Source of the DNA: Trypanosoma brucei
Taxonomy: Eukaryota
Assembly (NCBI GenBank): GCA_000002445.1
Contig: CP000069.1
Coordinates: forward strand, 1,472,001 to 1,536,000
Direction of reading: 5' to 3'
DNA: 64,000 nucleotides
Positions 1 to 12,340 of this stretch are shown here, piece by piece. Under the pieces are notes generated by a model that worked only from the letters and a program-made list of their open reading frames with translations, was not told where the DNA came from and searched no databases. The position numbers and the translations under genes were made by a program. Numbering within the stretch: the stretch's first letter is position 1; each line of letters starts with the position of its first letter.

Positions 1-1094
1 AACTTTGACGCTGCTTCATCTATTAGTGCTAGCCAGCTGGGCTCTTCTATTGCTGTTCCGCTTGTCGCGAATGACGCACATGCCCCTGCGTTGCTGCTCT
101 CTGTTCCGTCGCAGCTGCCGCTACCGTCGCCTGTCCTCGTTCCGAGAAAGCCCCAGTGTGTTCCGGCGCTGCCCTTGGTTGCATAGAGGTCTGCTTTGAT
201 ACCTTGTAGCAAATGCCGTAGGCGTTGCGGGGTCAGCGCTTTGCCAGGCGGGTTTGCTGTTTTGCAGTGGGCCTTCATTGTTGTCTAGTCTGTTATGGCG
301 GTGTTACTGTTCCAGTCTCTCTGCTGTGTTGTTTGGGTGTGGTAACACGCCTTGTTGTTTGAGCCGTCGTTGGCGCAGAGGCACGCTATGGTCGCTGCGA
401 TTGTCAGTTTCGCCGACGTTCCCGGGGTTGACTGAGCGTTGCCGCAGTGCTCCGTCCGGGAGCTGCCCGCCCCTTTGAGTGCCGCTGCGCTGGTCACTGC
501 CCCGTCGCCGTAAACCGCTTGTTTCAGCAGCTGCTTTGCGGTTTGCCTGCCATCGGCTGCCTTTTCCTCGCTGGTGCGCTTGCTAGCCTGCACGACGGCG
601 AGGGCTGTCATATTGATTAAGTTCTTGAAACCCCGGTCATCGGTGGCCGCTTTTGTTACTGCTGACTTCTGGTCTGCTGTAAGCGCTTTGTAGTAAAGTG
701 CCGCCGCTTTGCAGGTTTGCAGTTTTGTGCCTTTGCAAGACTCCGGTGCTTTGTCGTCTGTCAAGGCGTTTATCTCCTCTGTTGTTTTTGTTTCGCCGAT
801 GGTTTGCAGTGCCGCTGTGTTGTTAAGGTACAACGCCAGGTTTTCTGCGCCTGTTACCGCCTTTTGTGCAGCGGCCGCTAGTGTCACGGGTTGGCTATCT
901 TCTTCCTCTGCCGCCAGCACCACACCGCACAGTAAACCAAATATCTTTTTGTTTTCTCCTTTGGCTGGCTCCGCTGCTTTGCAGTCCATTTTCAGCAGTG
1001 ATATTGCCAGTGTTACCGCTACTATCAGCATTGATTGGTTTAATCGCTGGCCTAGACTTAGCTTCAGTGTCGACTTCGGCTGCTGTCCTTGCAT
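1..1094 (-). pseudogene. VSG, partial: N-terminal domain ORF 285-1094 with signal-peptide-like start; rest frameshifted and running off the window
   Basis: Minus ORF 285-1094 (269 aa) has a VSG N-domain look: Ala/Thr/Lys-rich helices, conserved Cys spacing and a hydrophobic N-terminus (MLIVAVTLAISLL). It stops after ~270 aa and downstream frames are broken. Confidence 0.55.
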
Positions 1095-1444
1095 TCAGTC
1101 CCTGGTGTCTGTTGCTTCTAGTGTTATCCTGATGCGCTACTGGCGAGCAGAAAATGTGGAGGTCGGGCAGTAACTTAGATGGACTTAATGTGCAAAAACA
1201 AACTCTCAAATGTCAAATTCACTCTACATCATTGGGCTTTTATACAGAGTTGATGTAGAATATTTAAGGAAGCTTTTGTGAAAAATAGTCTGTTGCCAGG
1301 TATATTCATACCCTGTTTTATAATAAAAGACTGTGCGTTAGTTAGATGTTGATACATATTTGATTAGTGATTCTTGTATATTCATCGAATATAGACAAAC
1401 CCGCATTTCCACAGCTAATAAACCCCTTAATTTCAATTTAATCC

Positions 1445-2293
1445 TTATAACTTCTCCGACCATAATATCTTCATTAAGTGCTCTAAAATCCATATATATT
1501 TTGCGAAATTTCTGAATTTGATTGGCGATTTCACTAACTTTTTCAAAGGGTCATAATCAACAATTGCTCTAACTACATCCCTTGATGAAGTGGACGCATA
1601 ACCAATAGTATGCCATGTAATTTCGTCACTAAAATCTTTATAATATCCAATCGCCCTCCCCATATTCAGTTTCTCTTGTGGAAGCACTTCTAGATATTGC
1701 AGATACAATGGTACTCTCATAAAAATATGTCATCATCTGCTATTATTATATAGGGACTATTTTTTAGAAAATACTTTAACGGCAAATTTGAACCACAAAT
1801 ATGTTTTTTTAATCATCGTGAGTTCTGTTTCCCAACCCCAATTACCCGCGTCTCCCACCTTTTTATTTGTTGTGGGGTTGACATCGCAAACGGGTAAAAT
1901 AATAATATCCTGGTTTAACTCTGCCTCTTCTTCAACAATACCCTCTCTGAGCACGCAGTTGTTATTTGTCTGAGGTGAAAGTGCATATACTATAAGCAAC
2001 TTGCCAGTAAAATTATTTGACCTCCTTGCGACTTCAGGATAACTCCAACAAGTTTCTCTCTGTAAATTCCTCCTTCTCAATCTTTCATCGTTATCTATTG
2101 AAGGAATTCCAGCCACAACCAAATAATTTTCAGTTTTCCAAATCTTCCTTACATCCAGTGGAACAAATCTCATATATTAATCTTCAATGATTTCAAGTGG
2201 AATAGACTCACCCCCACAGAAAAGCTGTATAGCGAAACAAGTATATTAATCCCCATAACAATAAAAGATAAACAACCTATTATTGCATAAATT
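1445..2293 (-). pseudogene. UDP-Gal/GlcNAc-dependent glycosyltransferase-like pseudogene (trypanosome GT67/GT31-like). N-terminal TM anchor plus partial catalytic domain, with at least 2 frameshifts.
   Basis: Minus frames encode MKYIERIYAIIGCLSFIVMGINILVSLY (type II signal anchor), then a frameshift, then ORF 1757-2173 (..YLVVAGIPSIDNDERLRRRNLQRETCW.. ..DIIILPVCDVNPT.. TMIKKTYLWFKFA) and ORF 1445-1720. These are galactosyltransferase-domain-like motifs. The assignment is from memory of the family. Confidence 0.4.
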
Positions 2294-3076
2294 CTTTCTA
2301 TATACTTCATAGGACTTTATTGTCATGCTAAGAAGAGCTTATTATGAGTTAGAAAATCACATGAAACATGAAGGAAAGAAGCCAGTGGGAGCAACTAAGA
2401 TGTGTAGTAAGGTAAAAAGCGTTTACAAATATAAGTAATGACTTTTTATTGATATGATGCAACTGTTAAATGGTTCATGCGCAGTGTGTGTAGGTTATCT
2501 TTCAGCATGTATATGTTGCATTTATTTTATAAATTACCTTCACCCGTCCTTAGTGCCACACACTGCGTGCATTCCGCTATTCCTTTCATTATCCACATTA
2601 TACAAAATTTAACACTATGCATTGCTATGTAACTTGGAGTAAATAGTTGACTACAATGTTTCCACATACTAATAATTTAATCACCTTCCTCTGATATATA
2701 TACCGCAAATCCAGTTTCGCCGCCAGACCCCTATCAGAGTTGCTTTATGAATCACGTATTTTCATTGCGCACTTACCATTGTTTTAAGTATTTTTATTTT
2801 CGTTTTTCAGTTACTTTTCTCCCTTGCCCTTCATTTGATATTACTACATGCCCACTCACAACACTATTCTATCATTATGCTTACTGCTATAAACCTCGCC
2901 AATATGCATCAAAAAGTGAAAATAAGAAAATTAATATATTTTCATAATATCACTCATTTTTCATACCCCATCACTCTATTACTTTACTCATTAGCCAGTT
3001 TCATAAACATTTTTTAAAATGCAATTCTTTTATATTCTCAAAAAATTTTCAACAATTTGCCAAACTTTGACAAAAA

Positions 3077-3092
3077 GTGTTAAAATTTATCA
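3077..3092 (-). promoter_or_regulatory. VSG 3' UTR 16-mer-like element (GTGTTAAAATTTATCA on plus, 1 mismatch to the reverse complement of TGATATATTTTAACAC)
   Basis: Motif lies ~100 nt downstream of the VSG stop at 3188. Confidence 0.6.
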
Positions 3093-3187
3093 TATTTCTA
3101 AAAAAATTAGCAAATTTTCTCAAAGTAGAAAATTTCATATATTTATAAAATTGGGCAAAAATCCTTTAGAAATAACTCTTAAAAGTT

Positions 3188-4637
3188 TTATGCTAGAATC
3201 AAAAATGCAAGCCAAAGATGGGCCTTGTGAATGACAATAGAATTGCTACCTGTGGTGTTTTGGGTTTCTGCTGTTCCTGTTTCTTCAACTTGAGCTATGC
3301 ATTTGTCTTTTTTTAATTCGCATCCATCTTCTGTTTTGCATTTTTTGTCATTTATCGCTTTGCATTTGTCGCTTATTTCTTTTCTCACTCCAGGACTTCT
3401 TGATGCAGTTGCTACCGCCCTTGAGTCTATGAGCTGTTTGCCTTTCAAAAATGTTAGAACTTTTGCGGCGCCGTCGCTCCCTGCTGTTTCGAAGATCGTC
3501 TTGTCAAATGTCGTTTCTATTACTTTCAGATTGAGTGGTGCCTTCTCGATTGAATCTGTTATTTGTGCTGTGAACGCGTTTTGGTTGCTGCCGAGGTAGG
3601 TGTCTGTTATTCCCTTTTTTGACTGCGGCTCTGTTGGTGCTTTGCCACCTGGGTTTATCAGGTCCGTTAGAGCCTGCAGTGGTTTGTCGTTTGCTCTAAC
3701 CGTTGCCATGATATTCGGTGTATTGGCGTATAAGTGGGTTTTTGAGCTGAAGGATGCTGCAGAGTGCATTGCCTAGAGTATCCTTGTCGTATTCTGAGTA
3801 CGGAACTGTGTCGCTGACTTTGGCGCACGCTTTTGTTACCACATTTGTGAACAGATTGACGTCAACGGTTTTGTAGGCCGTTGTTTGCTCAGTTAGTCTG
3901 GTTGCCATGGCGTTGGCCCTTTGATTTACGAAGTCGTTGCCTTGCTCTATGCATGCTCCATGTTGCGTAGCTGATGCAGTTGGTGTTGTTTTTACTGTGC
4001 CTTTACAATGTTTTGTTACTGTGAACGTTGTTGGCGGCTTTGCAAGGTCGACCAATTTGATTTTCGTGTGCTTGGTCGGTTCTATGTCCGCTGCTTTTAC
4101 GCCACCGGTTTCAGATTCAAGTGTGCAGTTCGTTGTATCTGCTGTGAAGGACGCTGTGCTTGTGCACGTTGTCATTCCTGTTACGCTGCTTAGTTATTGT
4201 CCAGACTGGGCTTCAGAGCTAGAGACGTTCGCCGTCTCCGGCTGTGTTTTGTGTAATGTCAGCATAGTGGCTTCCTGCTGCTTGATTGCTCGGAAGGCTC
4301 TTTCGTATACTTGGCTCTCCTCATTGGTTTGGCTGTCCAGCGTGTGTAGGTCTGCTTCGGTTACCGCCATTGCAAGAAAAGTTATGTGACTCGGCTTCCC
4401 TTGGCTGAAAGCGGCTTTTATTCTGTAAGCTAATGCTGCTTGTATTGCTTGTCGGCGGATCGCTATTGCAGAGGGCCGAGATTGCTCTAGTTTTCTTGCC
4501 AATTTGTGAAGGTACTGCGCCGCGGCGCAAGCAGTTGATACTGCCTTCGTCGCCGTGTCCTCGATTTCTGCGGCTCCTACAGGCATGCTACTGACAAGTG
4601 TCATAACAAATGCGTGCCACAGGCTTTCTGACTTCAT
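3188..4637 (-). pseudogene. VSG pseudogene, full length but split over three frames
   Basis: ORF 4194-4637 gives the signal peptide (MKSESLWHAFVMTLVSSMPVGAAE) and N-domain start. ORF 3696-4175 gives the middle. ORF 3188-3769 gives the C-terminal domain ending NTTGSNSIVIHKAHLWLAFLILA, a canonical GPI signal. Frameshifts separate the pieces. Confidence 0.75.
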
Positions 4638-5459
4638 TTTTCTATTCTGTTTTGCTTTGACCAGAGAAGAAGAGCTGTTTTATCGCTTGAATGGGGTCTT
4701 ACTGCCTCATATGGTGTCGGTATATCAGGAAAACGGTAAATGCACACCTGTGTTTATTATGTCTGTAGCCCTTTGTGTTTTGTGTTGGTTCCTAATTTTT
4801 TAAGTTGCTACGTTTCCCAATATTGTCCTCTATTTAAATCCTTTTCCTCCTTTTATTCACTATGTCAATACATTTCACGTTAAACTATTTACCTTGATTG
4901 ACATATCCTGCTGTTGGTAAAACTTGCAAGTGCTTCACGGCCATTTTGAATTCTCCCTCGTCGGCTTCAGTGCTAATAACCTTGAAACGCCATCAGATTA
5001 AGCACCACCTCCGCAAAAATCTCTTCCTTTGTACCAAAATATTTTCTAATAAAATATTTGGCGCCATCGGGTCTTTTTCATTAATAAGTATCTTCCGTTT
5101 TGTGCTTCTCAATTGTTTTACACTGTCATTTTATTCTTTATTTTTCATTTTCTTCGCCTGCTGTCGCTTTTTCTGTTAATAAAGTCCAGACCGCATTTAT
5201 CTTGTATAGTGAACTCTGTTTGTCCATCATTCCCTTGTGCATAATAATGCCCACCTCTGTGTCTGTGCAGGAAAATTCGCATATTCTATCTCCTTTTCCA
5301 TTTTCCTTCCTGAATTCCTTCAATAATAATATTCCACGTACTCTCCATCTTGCTCATTGTTTCTTCTAACTCACTCGCTCTCACATAACCTTTGCTATCG
5401 TTTTAACTTCTCGCATTTTTCTCTTCCACTTAGTCATTATTATCATTACTGCTCTTTTT

Positions 5460-5560
5460 ATTACATTAGTATGCACACACTCCCAACACTTTCCCATTAT
5501 CGCTGTTAATATTACTATTACTCATAACTCTAAATAATATCCATAAAATAAACAACATAA
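5460..5560 (-). repeat. 70-bp repeat (VSG upstream recombination repeat), single degenerate unit
   Basis: Plus strand ATGCACACACTCCCAACAC ... ATCCATAAAATAAACAAC, the reverse complement of the GTGTTGTGAGTGTGTG..TATACGAAT core, plus an AT-triplet region. Confidence 0.7.
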
Positions 5561-5663
5561 GACAAATTAAAATATCACTCATTTTTCATACCGTGCCACC
5601 CTACTAATTAAAACCTATAAGCAACTTTCACACCAAAATTTCATATTTTCAGTTGCTGAGAAA

Positions 5664-5679
5664 GTGTTAAAATATGGCA
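5664..5679 (-). promoter_or_regulatory. VSG 3' UTR 16-mer-like element (GTGTTAAAATATGGCA)
   Basis: Downstream of the VSG pseudogene C-terminus at ~5823. Confidence 0.5.
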
Positions 5680-5822
5680 AAAATAGCTAAGTTTATAAAT
5701 TATATAGAGTTTCATAAAACTGAGCAGAATTATTTTAGAATATTAGAATGCTAGAATTAAACGAAAAACTAACACAGCAAGCACCTGAGGAACAGAAACT
5801 CTCAAATTGTGAGAAAACGATT

Positions 5823-7345
5823 TTTCATCTTACTTGTCAGTTTCAACTGCCGGAAAGCATCTTTCACCCTCAGGCTTTTTATTATCAAAATCACAGCCAG
5901 TTTCATCTTTCCAAGGTTTCTCTGTGGTATGCTTTTTGCATTCGTCTGCTGTTTTAGGTGGATCTGCTGGTTTGTCTGCTTTTGATGGACATGAGGAGCC
6001 AGCTTGGTGTTTCTTTTTTTATTCCTGTTCCTTAATGAAACGGCGAACAGCGTAATAAGTCGTAGCATCTGCGATATCTTGTGGTGCTGTTATTGTTTTT
6101 AGCTGTCTGTCGCCATTTCCTCCGACAGCGGCTTTGGGCGGAGTCAGGTCGTCAAGCGACTTTCCTATAGTGTTTATGATTTCGTCTCCATTTTCACCAA
6201 TGGCTTCCTTTAGTAAGTTATCCACTTTGGCTTTAGTCTCTTGGTTGCTGTACTTCGCCGTTTCACCTTCTATCACTGTCGCTATTTTTTCCATGAGAGT
6301 GCTACTTGTTATTACCGTTTTTAAGTCCAGGTTCATCGTCAGCCGTCTAAGCTCCGAGGTTACTTTTTCTAGGACTGCTATGTTTTTTTAACTCTGCCGC
6401 AATGGTTTTGGCGCTCGGTATGTCCGTGCTCCCTGTGGATGCTGTATACTCTTCCTGGCTCCCGTATGTTTTGCGCGTTAGTGCAAGTGTTTCTTCAACG
6501 AATAGTTTGCCGCTCACTACCGCTAGTTTGGTGGTTTGGCCACTCGTGCAGGCGTTGCTGGCTGTGTGTTTGCCTGTGGCCGCCGCATGTGCGCACACCG
6601 TGAGTACTGAGTCAACTCCAGCGTTGGTTACAGTTGCCGTTTTTAAGCCGATTAATACGATTGAGTTCGTTCTTGTGCTGTCTGCCGTCGGCGGTGTTGC
6701 ATCAATGTCTCGGGCGGTTGCATCCCGCATGTAAGCCGCGTTTTCGTTGATTTTCGTCGTCAGCTAGATCTTCTGGTACCTGTTGTCAGAAAATCCGTTG
6801 TTTGCTCTGACAAAGTTAGAGGAATTAATGGCAGCTGTTGCTAGCTCTACTATAGCTTCCATTTGGCCTCTAAGTTTGTAAGCTGATCTCGCAGCAGCGT
6901 AGATCGTCTGACGGTGCTTATTGATCGTGTTTTATACCTCGCTAGCTAAACCCAGTAGCCTCTGGGACAGAAGATTGGCGACAAGCGATTGTTGGCCGCT
7001 TGATGCTTGAGCTACTAGCTGTAGCTTCGCCGCTGTAGCAGCTGCTGCAACGCTCTGCTGTGCTCCTGTTGTTAATATGGCCAGAGCGTTGTCTGCCAGT
7101 TCCTTTAGATAATCTGCCGTATGTCAGGGTTTTTTTGCTGCCGCCTTCAGTGGGTGCAGAGTAGGGGGGCCGACTGCATTTCTTGCTGCGAATAGAGCTA
7201 ATAGAATGTATACTCTTACATGCGATAGCGGTAAAGGTACATGTGCCAACGTTACTGTTAAAGTCCGTCGGAAGTTCTGGCCGTTTCGGGTTTGCTGGTG
7301 CATCGCTACCTTCTTTTGTTTTTTGAGAGATTTATTGCTCTTCAA
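5823..7345 (-). pseudogene. VSG pseudogene with multiple stops and frameshifts; C-terminal domain lacks the hydrophobic GPI signal
   Basis: ORFs 6347-6730 and 6019-6336 have a VSG N-domain look. Minus frames over 6780-7130 read LKELADNALAILTTGAQQSVAAAATAAKLQL.., interrupted by stops. The C-terminal frame ends ..CKKHTTEKPWKDETGCDFDNKKPEGERCFPAVETDK*. Confidence 0.6.
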
Positions 7346-8494
7346 TGTTCCAAAAGTGGGAAATTGTACGCCATATGATTAAAAAATGTTTCTAGAAAAA
7401 TAGAACTCAGTTGAGCTAAAATTGTCCACTTTAAAAAAACCTTTATAATTGTACATCTATATCTCAAACAGTTAAGATTTGTTTTTTTTGCTTCTAATGT
7501 ACCACAATTCCTTTGTTCTGATGCACATTAAATGAAGATATAACGCCGGTGTTTTCGGCTCACACGTTGATATTTTCATTTTTCGCAATAATACTGGCTT
7601 ACTGTAGACCTCTTTCGTTTTTTTCTTGGAAATTAATATACTGGTTTCAAAGTTTTTCCTGAAGTTTCTTAATGCATTCCGTCACTGCCGCGTCAGTGCG
7701 TATTCTTCTGGGAATTAACTGTTTCCTGAAATCCCTTAATGTGTGGCAAGTTTAGCAATACGAAATGGGAAGAGTATCATTACAATTTTTTGTAGTTTAT
7801 AGAATCCCTCTATCGCATCATATACGTTGAAGTTCAAGCCGTTTTCTCCTTTTGATTCTCCTTTCGCTGTTAAAACTAGTATATTAGAGTTCTTAGTTTT
7901 AAATTGTCATCCACATAATATAATATTGTTGCCGAAAAATGTTACTAAATTTTAGTGTATTTGTTAAGAAGAGGCCTTTGACATTATATAAACTTACCCA
8001 GTCCATCACCATCTCTTACCCTTTACAGCTAGACATTATGATCGGTAATCAGAGTAAAAACAATAGTCACCACAATCTCTGGTGTAGTATCTATCTTTTT
8101 TAAAGAAACGCAGTGCATCATCGACAACTCCTCTTCCTTCTAAAGTATTGTTTCCCCCGGTGTTGTGATATCCGTATCGTCTTGTTTTTTTTCATATTTT
8201 CTTCCTTTTCAATTAGTTTTCTATCGATGCTTCTGTAGGAAACGTAGCAAAACTATTTTTCTTGTGTGATAGACTCTGTCACTCCACAATTGTCCACTTA
8301 ATAACACCCTTGTATGATAATATATTTCATCCTATTTGTGTTTAAAAATGCATATATTCCATCTCTCTCCTTTTTCTTTAATAAAAATTCTTTATGCTCT
8401 CCGATTACTACTCCAATTCACTCACTTATTAGAATTGCACCCTTGTTATTAATTAAGTGTCTCTCTTTAGTGGTTTCGGCTAACCCACTACACA

Positions 8495-8595
8495 TCTATT
8501 ATAATATTAGTGTAAACAATCTCATAATACTCTCCAATAACTATCATTATTATTACTATTATAACCCTGACTGATATCCATAAAATTAAAAAATA
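8495..8595 (-). repeat. 70-bp repeat, degenerate
   Basis: TATAATATTAGTGTAAACAATCTCATAATACTC..ATTATTATTACTATTATAACCCTGACTGATATCCATAAAATTAAA. Similar to the other copies in the window. Confidence 0.6.
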
Positions 8596-8780
8596 AGCAA
8601 AATAAAACGAATTAAGGAAATTATAATAGCACTCATTTTTTATACACTATCAGCTTGCTAATTTTCACCCATAGGACACAATCATAAAACTTTTAGCACA
8701 CTTCATAAAATTTTAGCGAATTTTCTCAAATATCAAATTGCATAAACTTCATAAATTTAGACAAAAATATTTTATAAACT

Positions 8781-10244
8781 TTATTTTAGAAGCAAAACTA
8801 CAAGCAAAAGAGGGCTTTTATGAATGAAAATAGAATTGCTTCCCGTAGTGTTTGTTGTTTTCCCATCATTCCCTTCTGTTTCTTGGTTTGATTTTTCTAG
8901 TTTTTCTTTCACCTCCTTTTTCAACTCACACTTTTTGGTGTCAGTATTAAAACTGCACCCCTTATCCTTTAGGCCTTTACATTTATCTTCATCATCTTTT
9001 GCTTCACCGCAAATTTTTTCTGTTGCCTTTAGATCTTGGTGTTTGGTAGACTCTTCTAGCCTTTTATCAAGCGTTGCGAAGTCTTGGGATAAACGTTGCT
9101 GGTAGTAGCTCAACAAGTTGGTTAATTCGATGCTGTTTTTGATGTCCTCGAGTTTTGTAGGAGTTTGTCGCATCGCTGCACCTTTTGGAATATCCTCTTT
9201 TTCAATTAATGTTATAATTGTGTTGATGGTATCCACATTTGTATTGGAGAAAACGGTTTCTATTGCTTTCTTTTCATCGCTGCCTTGGTGGTCTTTTGCT
9301 TCGCCGAACAAATTTTGCGCGGCTTCCTTCAGTGCCGCTCGTTCTGTGAGGTCGCCGCTTTCGTTGGCGTACTCTGTGGGCAGCGTCCGGTCGACCAACT
9401 TTATGGCTGCATGTGCCTCCGCCCAGTGCTTTAAGCCGTCGCTGGTCGTTTTGATTAGGTTTGCCTTGTTTGCCGTTGCCAGTTCCCCCGCCGTGTTGGG
9501 AATCGTCAGGTACCCAGCCATCACCGTCACCGCTGCATCTGTTCCCCCGCTCTTGGCGAAACCCTTGCTGTTGTGCGCCGTTGTTAGGTGGCATTCTTTG
9601 GTCGCCGCTGTTGGTTGGTGCTTGTTGCCGCCGGTCCCTTCGACTAAGTTTATGTATCCTGCGGTTGTTATGTGGGTCGGTGTCCGTCGCGTTGCGGTGA
9701 TTGGGCTTTGTGTTAGCTTGCACTCTGTTTGGCCGAGTTTTGTCGTAGCGCTGCGTGTCACTGGCGTGTCTGCGTTTTCATCTGCCAGTAGGCACGCGTT
9801 GTTGCTCCCGTCGACCGTTTGCTCCAGTAGCTTAAGGAAATCGTCGACCAGACCCTTTACGTAAGCGCTCCGACTGGCGGCTTCTACTTGTTGTTTTATA
9901 TAGGTGTCTTTTAGTTGCCTAACTGCTGTGGCTGCTTTGGCTTCGTAGGCTGCTGCTATGGTGATAGCCGCTTTTGTCCATTTGTGCTTGGGGTTTTTTA
10001 GGCTGAAAATCCTTGCCCGCTTCGCTGCCGCGTCGAAGTCTATTGTGGCTGCGATCATCTCCGTCGCTTCTTGTAGAACGTGACCTTCTATGCCGTCTAA
10101 TTCTTCGCTTACTTGACATAGCGGTTCCCACGTGGTTTTCTTTATGCCGACGCCTGTGGCGGCGTCTACGCGTTTAAGCCCGGTTGCGAGAAGCAGCGTC
10201 ATCACGAAAAGCACTAATGGCTGCAACCATTGCGAGCTCTGCAT
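8781..10244 (-). CDS. VSG: Variant surface glycoprotein, apparently intact (487 aa)
   Basis: Uninterrupted ORF. Signal peptide MQSSQWLQPLVLFVMTLLLATGLKRVDA, A-type-like N-domain, Cys-rich C-terminal domain, and terminal NTTGSNSIFIHKSPLLLVVLLLK, a GPI-signal-like tail. Confidence 0.8.
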   Translation of the reverse strand: MQSSQWLQPLVLFVMTLLLATGLKRVDAATGVGIKKTTWEPLCQVSEELDGIEGHVLQEATEMIAATIDFDAAAKRARIFSLKNPKHKWTKAAITIAAAYEAKAATAVRQLKDTYIKQQVEAASRSAYVKGLVDDFLKLLEQTVDGSNNACLLADENADTPVTRSATTKLGQTECKLTQSPITATRRTPTHITTAGYINLVEGTGGNKHQPTAATKECHLTTAHNSKGFAKSGGTDAAVTVMAGYLTIPNTAGELATANKANLIKTTSDGLKHWAEAHAAIKLVDRTLPTEYANESGDLTERAALKEAAQNLFGEAKDHQGSDEKKAIETVFSNTNVDTINTIITLIEKEDIPKGAAMRQTPTKLEDIKNSIELTNLLSYYQQRLSQDFATLDKRLEESTKHQDLKATEKICGEAKDDEDKCKGLKDKGCSFNTDTKKCELKKEVKEKLEKSNQETEGNDGKTTNTTGSNSIFIHKSPLLLVVLLLK

Positions 10245-12114
10245 ATTATCCTCTCTTTTTCACCTTCTCTTGAGTAGCTGTTGCCTTGGCCTTGCAAAAT
10301 AGAGGAGGAAGTTCTTAGCGTTGGTATTTCAGTGAACATTCGTTGATGGAAACTTGACTGATTGCCCACATGCGAGGTAACTTTGCTAGTAGTTGGGGCA
10401 GCTTTGTTCATGTCTGTGGTTTCCGGTGGTTACACCTGCAGCGCTACAGCTAATAAAGGCGGTAGTAGAAGAGTACATTCTAGCAGCTCGTTCTGTGTAC
10501 TGTTGCGCGGGTGTAAGGCTCCGTCCAACCAGGCATTTCTAGTAGTGTTGTTACAGAAAATTTTTTTAGAATGCGCTTGGCTATGCTGTTCTTAGGCTGG
10601 ACGTTCATGGAGTTCCATGGTTGTTGTTCACCGGTGTTCGGGTTACAGGCGACAAGCCACCTTTGCATTCGGTTTTCCTAGCAAACCTTTTTGCAGTGTC
10701 GCGCCGTAAGGCGATCCTTGGTTCACGAGTTAGCTGTTCCGCTGCGTAAGACCAGGAAGGATAAATTCTCCACTGCTTTGGTTTGTTTCTCGCAGCCCTC
10801 TATTTTTTTCCTGCTTCAGCTACGATAGGAATCTCTTTTTTTTTTCACAAAGGCCTGTCCTGTTTAAGTTACGCCTGTATTCTGCTTCAGAAGGTCCATG
10901 GTGTTTTGGTTTAGGCTGTGTTCCGGTGTACTTAGAGCGTCCGCATAGTGCTTGATGATTTTGGCTATGATTGGTTCGCATACGCACGATGAAGTGCATT
11001 CGTTGTTTTTGTTCGTAGAAGAATGTGCCTTTTCCATTATTTTAGAGTAGAATAGAAACGAAATTGTAAGTGTTGAGTGTCACTTCATCTTTTTTTCATG
11101 GTTTTTTTTGTTTAGGGGAAGAGGTGAGTAACTTTTGGAGAGTCCATTGGAAACTTCTCTGTGCTTTGCCCCTTCTGCGTTAAGGATAAAGACTGTCCAT
11201 TGAAAATATTAACCTAGACAGTGCGTGTAGGCAGAGAAGTGTCGTGTCTTCCAGCTTAGGTGACCTTTCTGCGATACCTTGGTATTTCTCATTGTATTTT
11301 GTGGTTTAGTTTTCTTTTTTTTGTGAGGTGCCCTGTCATGGCGGGAAGAAGGCAAATTTTTCTGCTGCATTTATAAATGAAGGTGCTATAGCGGTTACAC
11401 CGCCGTCAGTTCCTCTGAGTTGTGCTTGTATAAGACTTATCGTGAGCTGGTGTGACGTAATCTATACGATAACTACAGTTGAAGTAAACTTCAACTTTTT
11501 GGCGGATGTTTTGCCACATACGAAGCCGATGTGTTTGCCAGGTAATCTGCCGCCGTCATCGGCTATCGACGGAGATGATTGCTGTAAAATCTCTATGTGT
11601 CTCTTTGATGGTTTCTTCTGCTGTGATAAAGCGACCGTCGTACATTTTTGCTGTCCTGCAACTTCTTTGTTTGCTTTCCTTAAATTTTCATAACAATTCT
11701 TCATTACCAAGTATGCTCAAACGAAGCTATTGCGCAGGTCAGTGTTGAGTTCGTGCCAGAAAATGGTTTGTTGCCAGGTGTGTTTGCCGAGGCATGGATC
11801 AGCAGGAGGAGATTGTATTTGATAAATCCTGACACTTGTCGGCTCTGGTCTGCGTAGTCAATCGTTTTTACTCGTCAACCCTGTTTTGTGTTGTTTATTT
11901 TTGTTTATATTAACCTTCGAGCATATTTTTAGTTGCGTGTGCTCCATATAGTTTTTCTGATGTTCTAACAGAGCCATAAAAATCGGAACAATCTCCTTTG
12001 CATCAATTTAATCGCCTTTTCAACTCATAAATTAAAACACGTTACCCGTATCTCCTTCCACACAGTAAAGTAAAACCCCACATTCATTTGATAAACCGTT
12101 ACTCACTTGATGGA

Positions 12115-12340
12115 TGACACTGCTGATGGCACACTGGCACGTGCCAAGGGACCGACAAATGAAAAACGGTGTCCCAGCAAGACGCTGCTGATCCCTGTGC
12201 TGTATGATGCCGTAGCCGGAACAAAGCAGTGTTCCCTATGAGAGGAACTCTGCTGGCTCTTGGCTTCCCCCGATGATACGGGGTACTGGACCCTGGCACC
12301 ACGTTGAGGTGGCCGGCATCGCCAGGGTACTCACTTGATT
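12115..12340 (-). mobile_element. ingi/RIME 5'-terminal fragment (~226 bp), same orientation as and abutting the A-tail of the adjacent ingi
   Basis: Bases 12115-12340 align to the 5' end of both ingi copies (17385-17610 and 49457-49681). Example: ...GGCACCACGTTGAGGTGGCCGGCATCGCCAGGGTACTCACTTGAT. All three 5' ends terminate at the same nucleotide. Confidence 0.6.

Noticed and set aside
9118-9864. Plus-strand ORFs (e.g. 9118-9864 248 aa, 43729-44451 240 aa, 15089-15673, 47160-47744) overlapping VSG or ingi genes
   Set aside because: They are antisense to much longer, recognisable minus-strand genes. Their composition is Cys/Ser/Leu/Phe-rich low complexity, typical of reverse-strand reading of VSG or ingi coding sequence, so they are not independent genes.
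10245-12114. Looked for a gene or 70-bp repeat in the 1.9 kb between the intact VSG and the RIME fragment
   Set aside because: Only short mixed-frame ORFs with no recognisable motifs were found. The region is best read as VSG co-transposed or spacer sequence, but a database search could still reveal a degenerate element.
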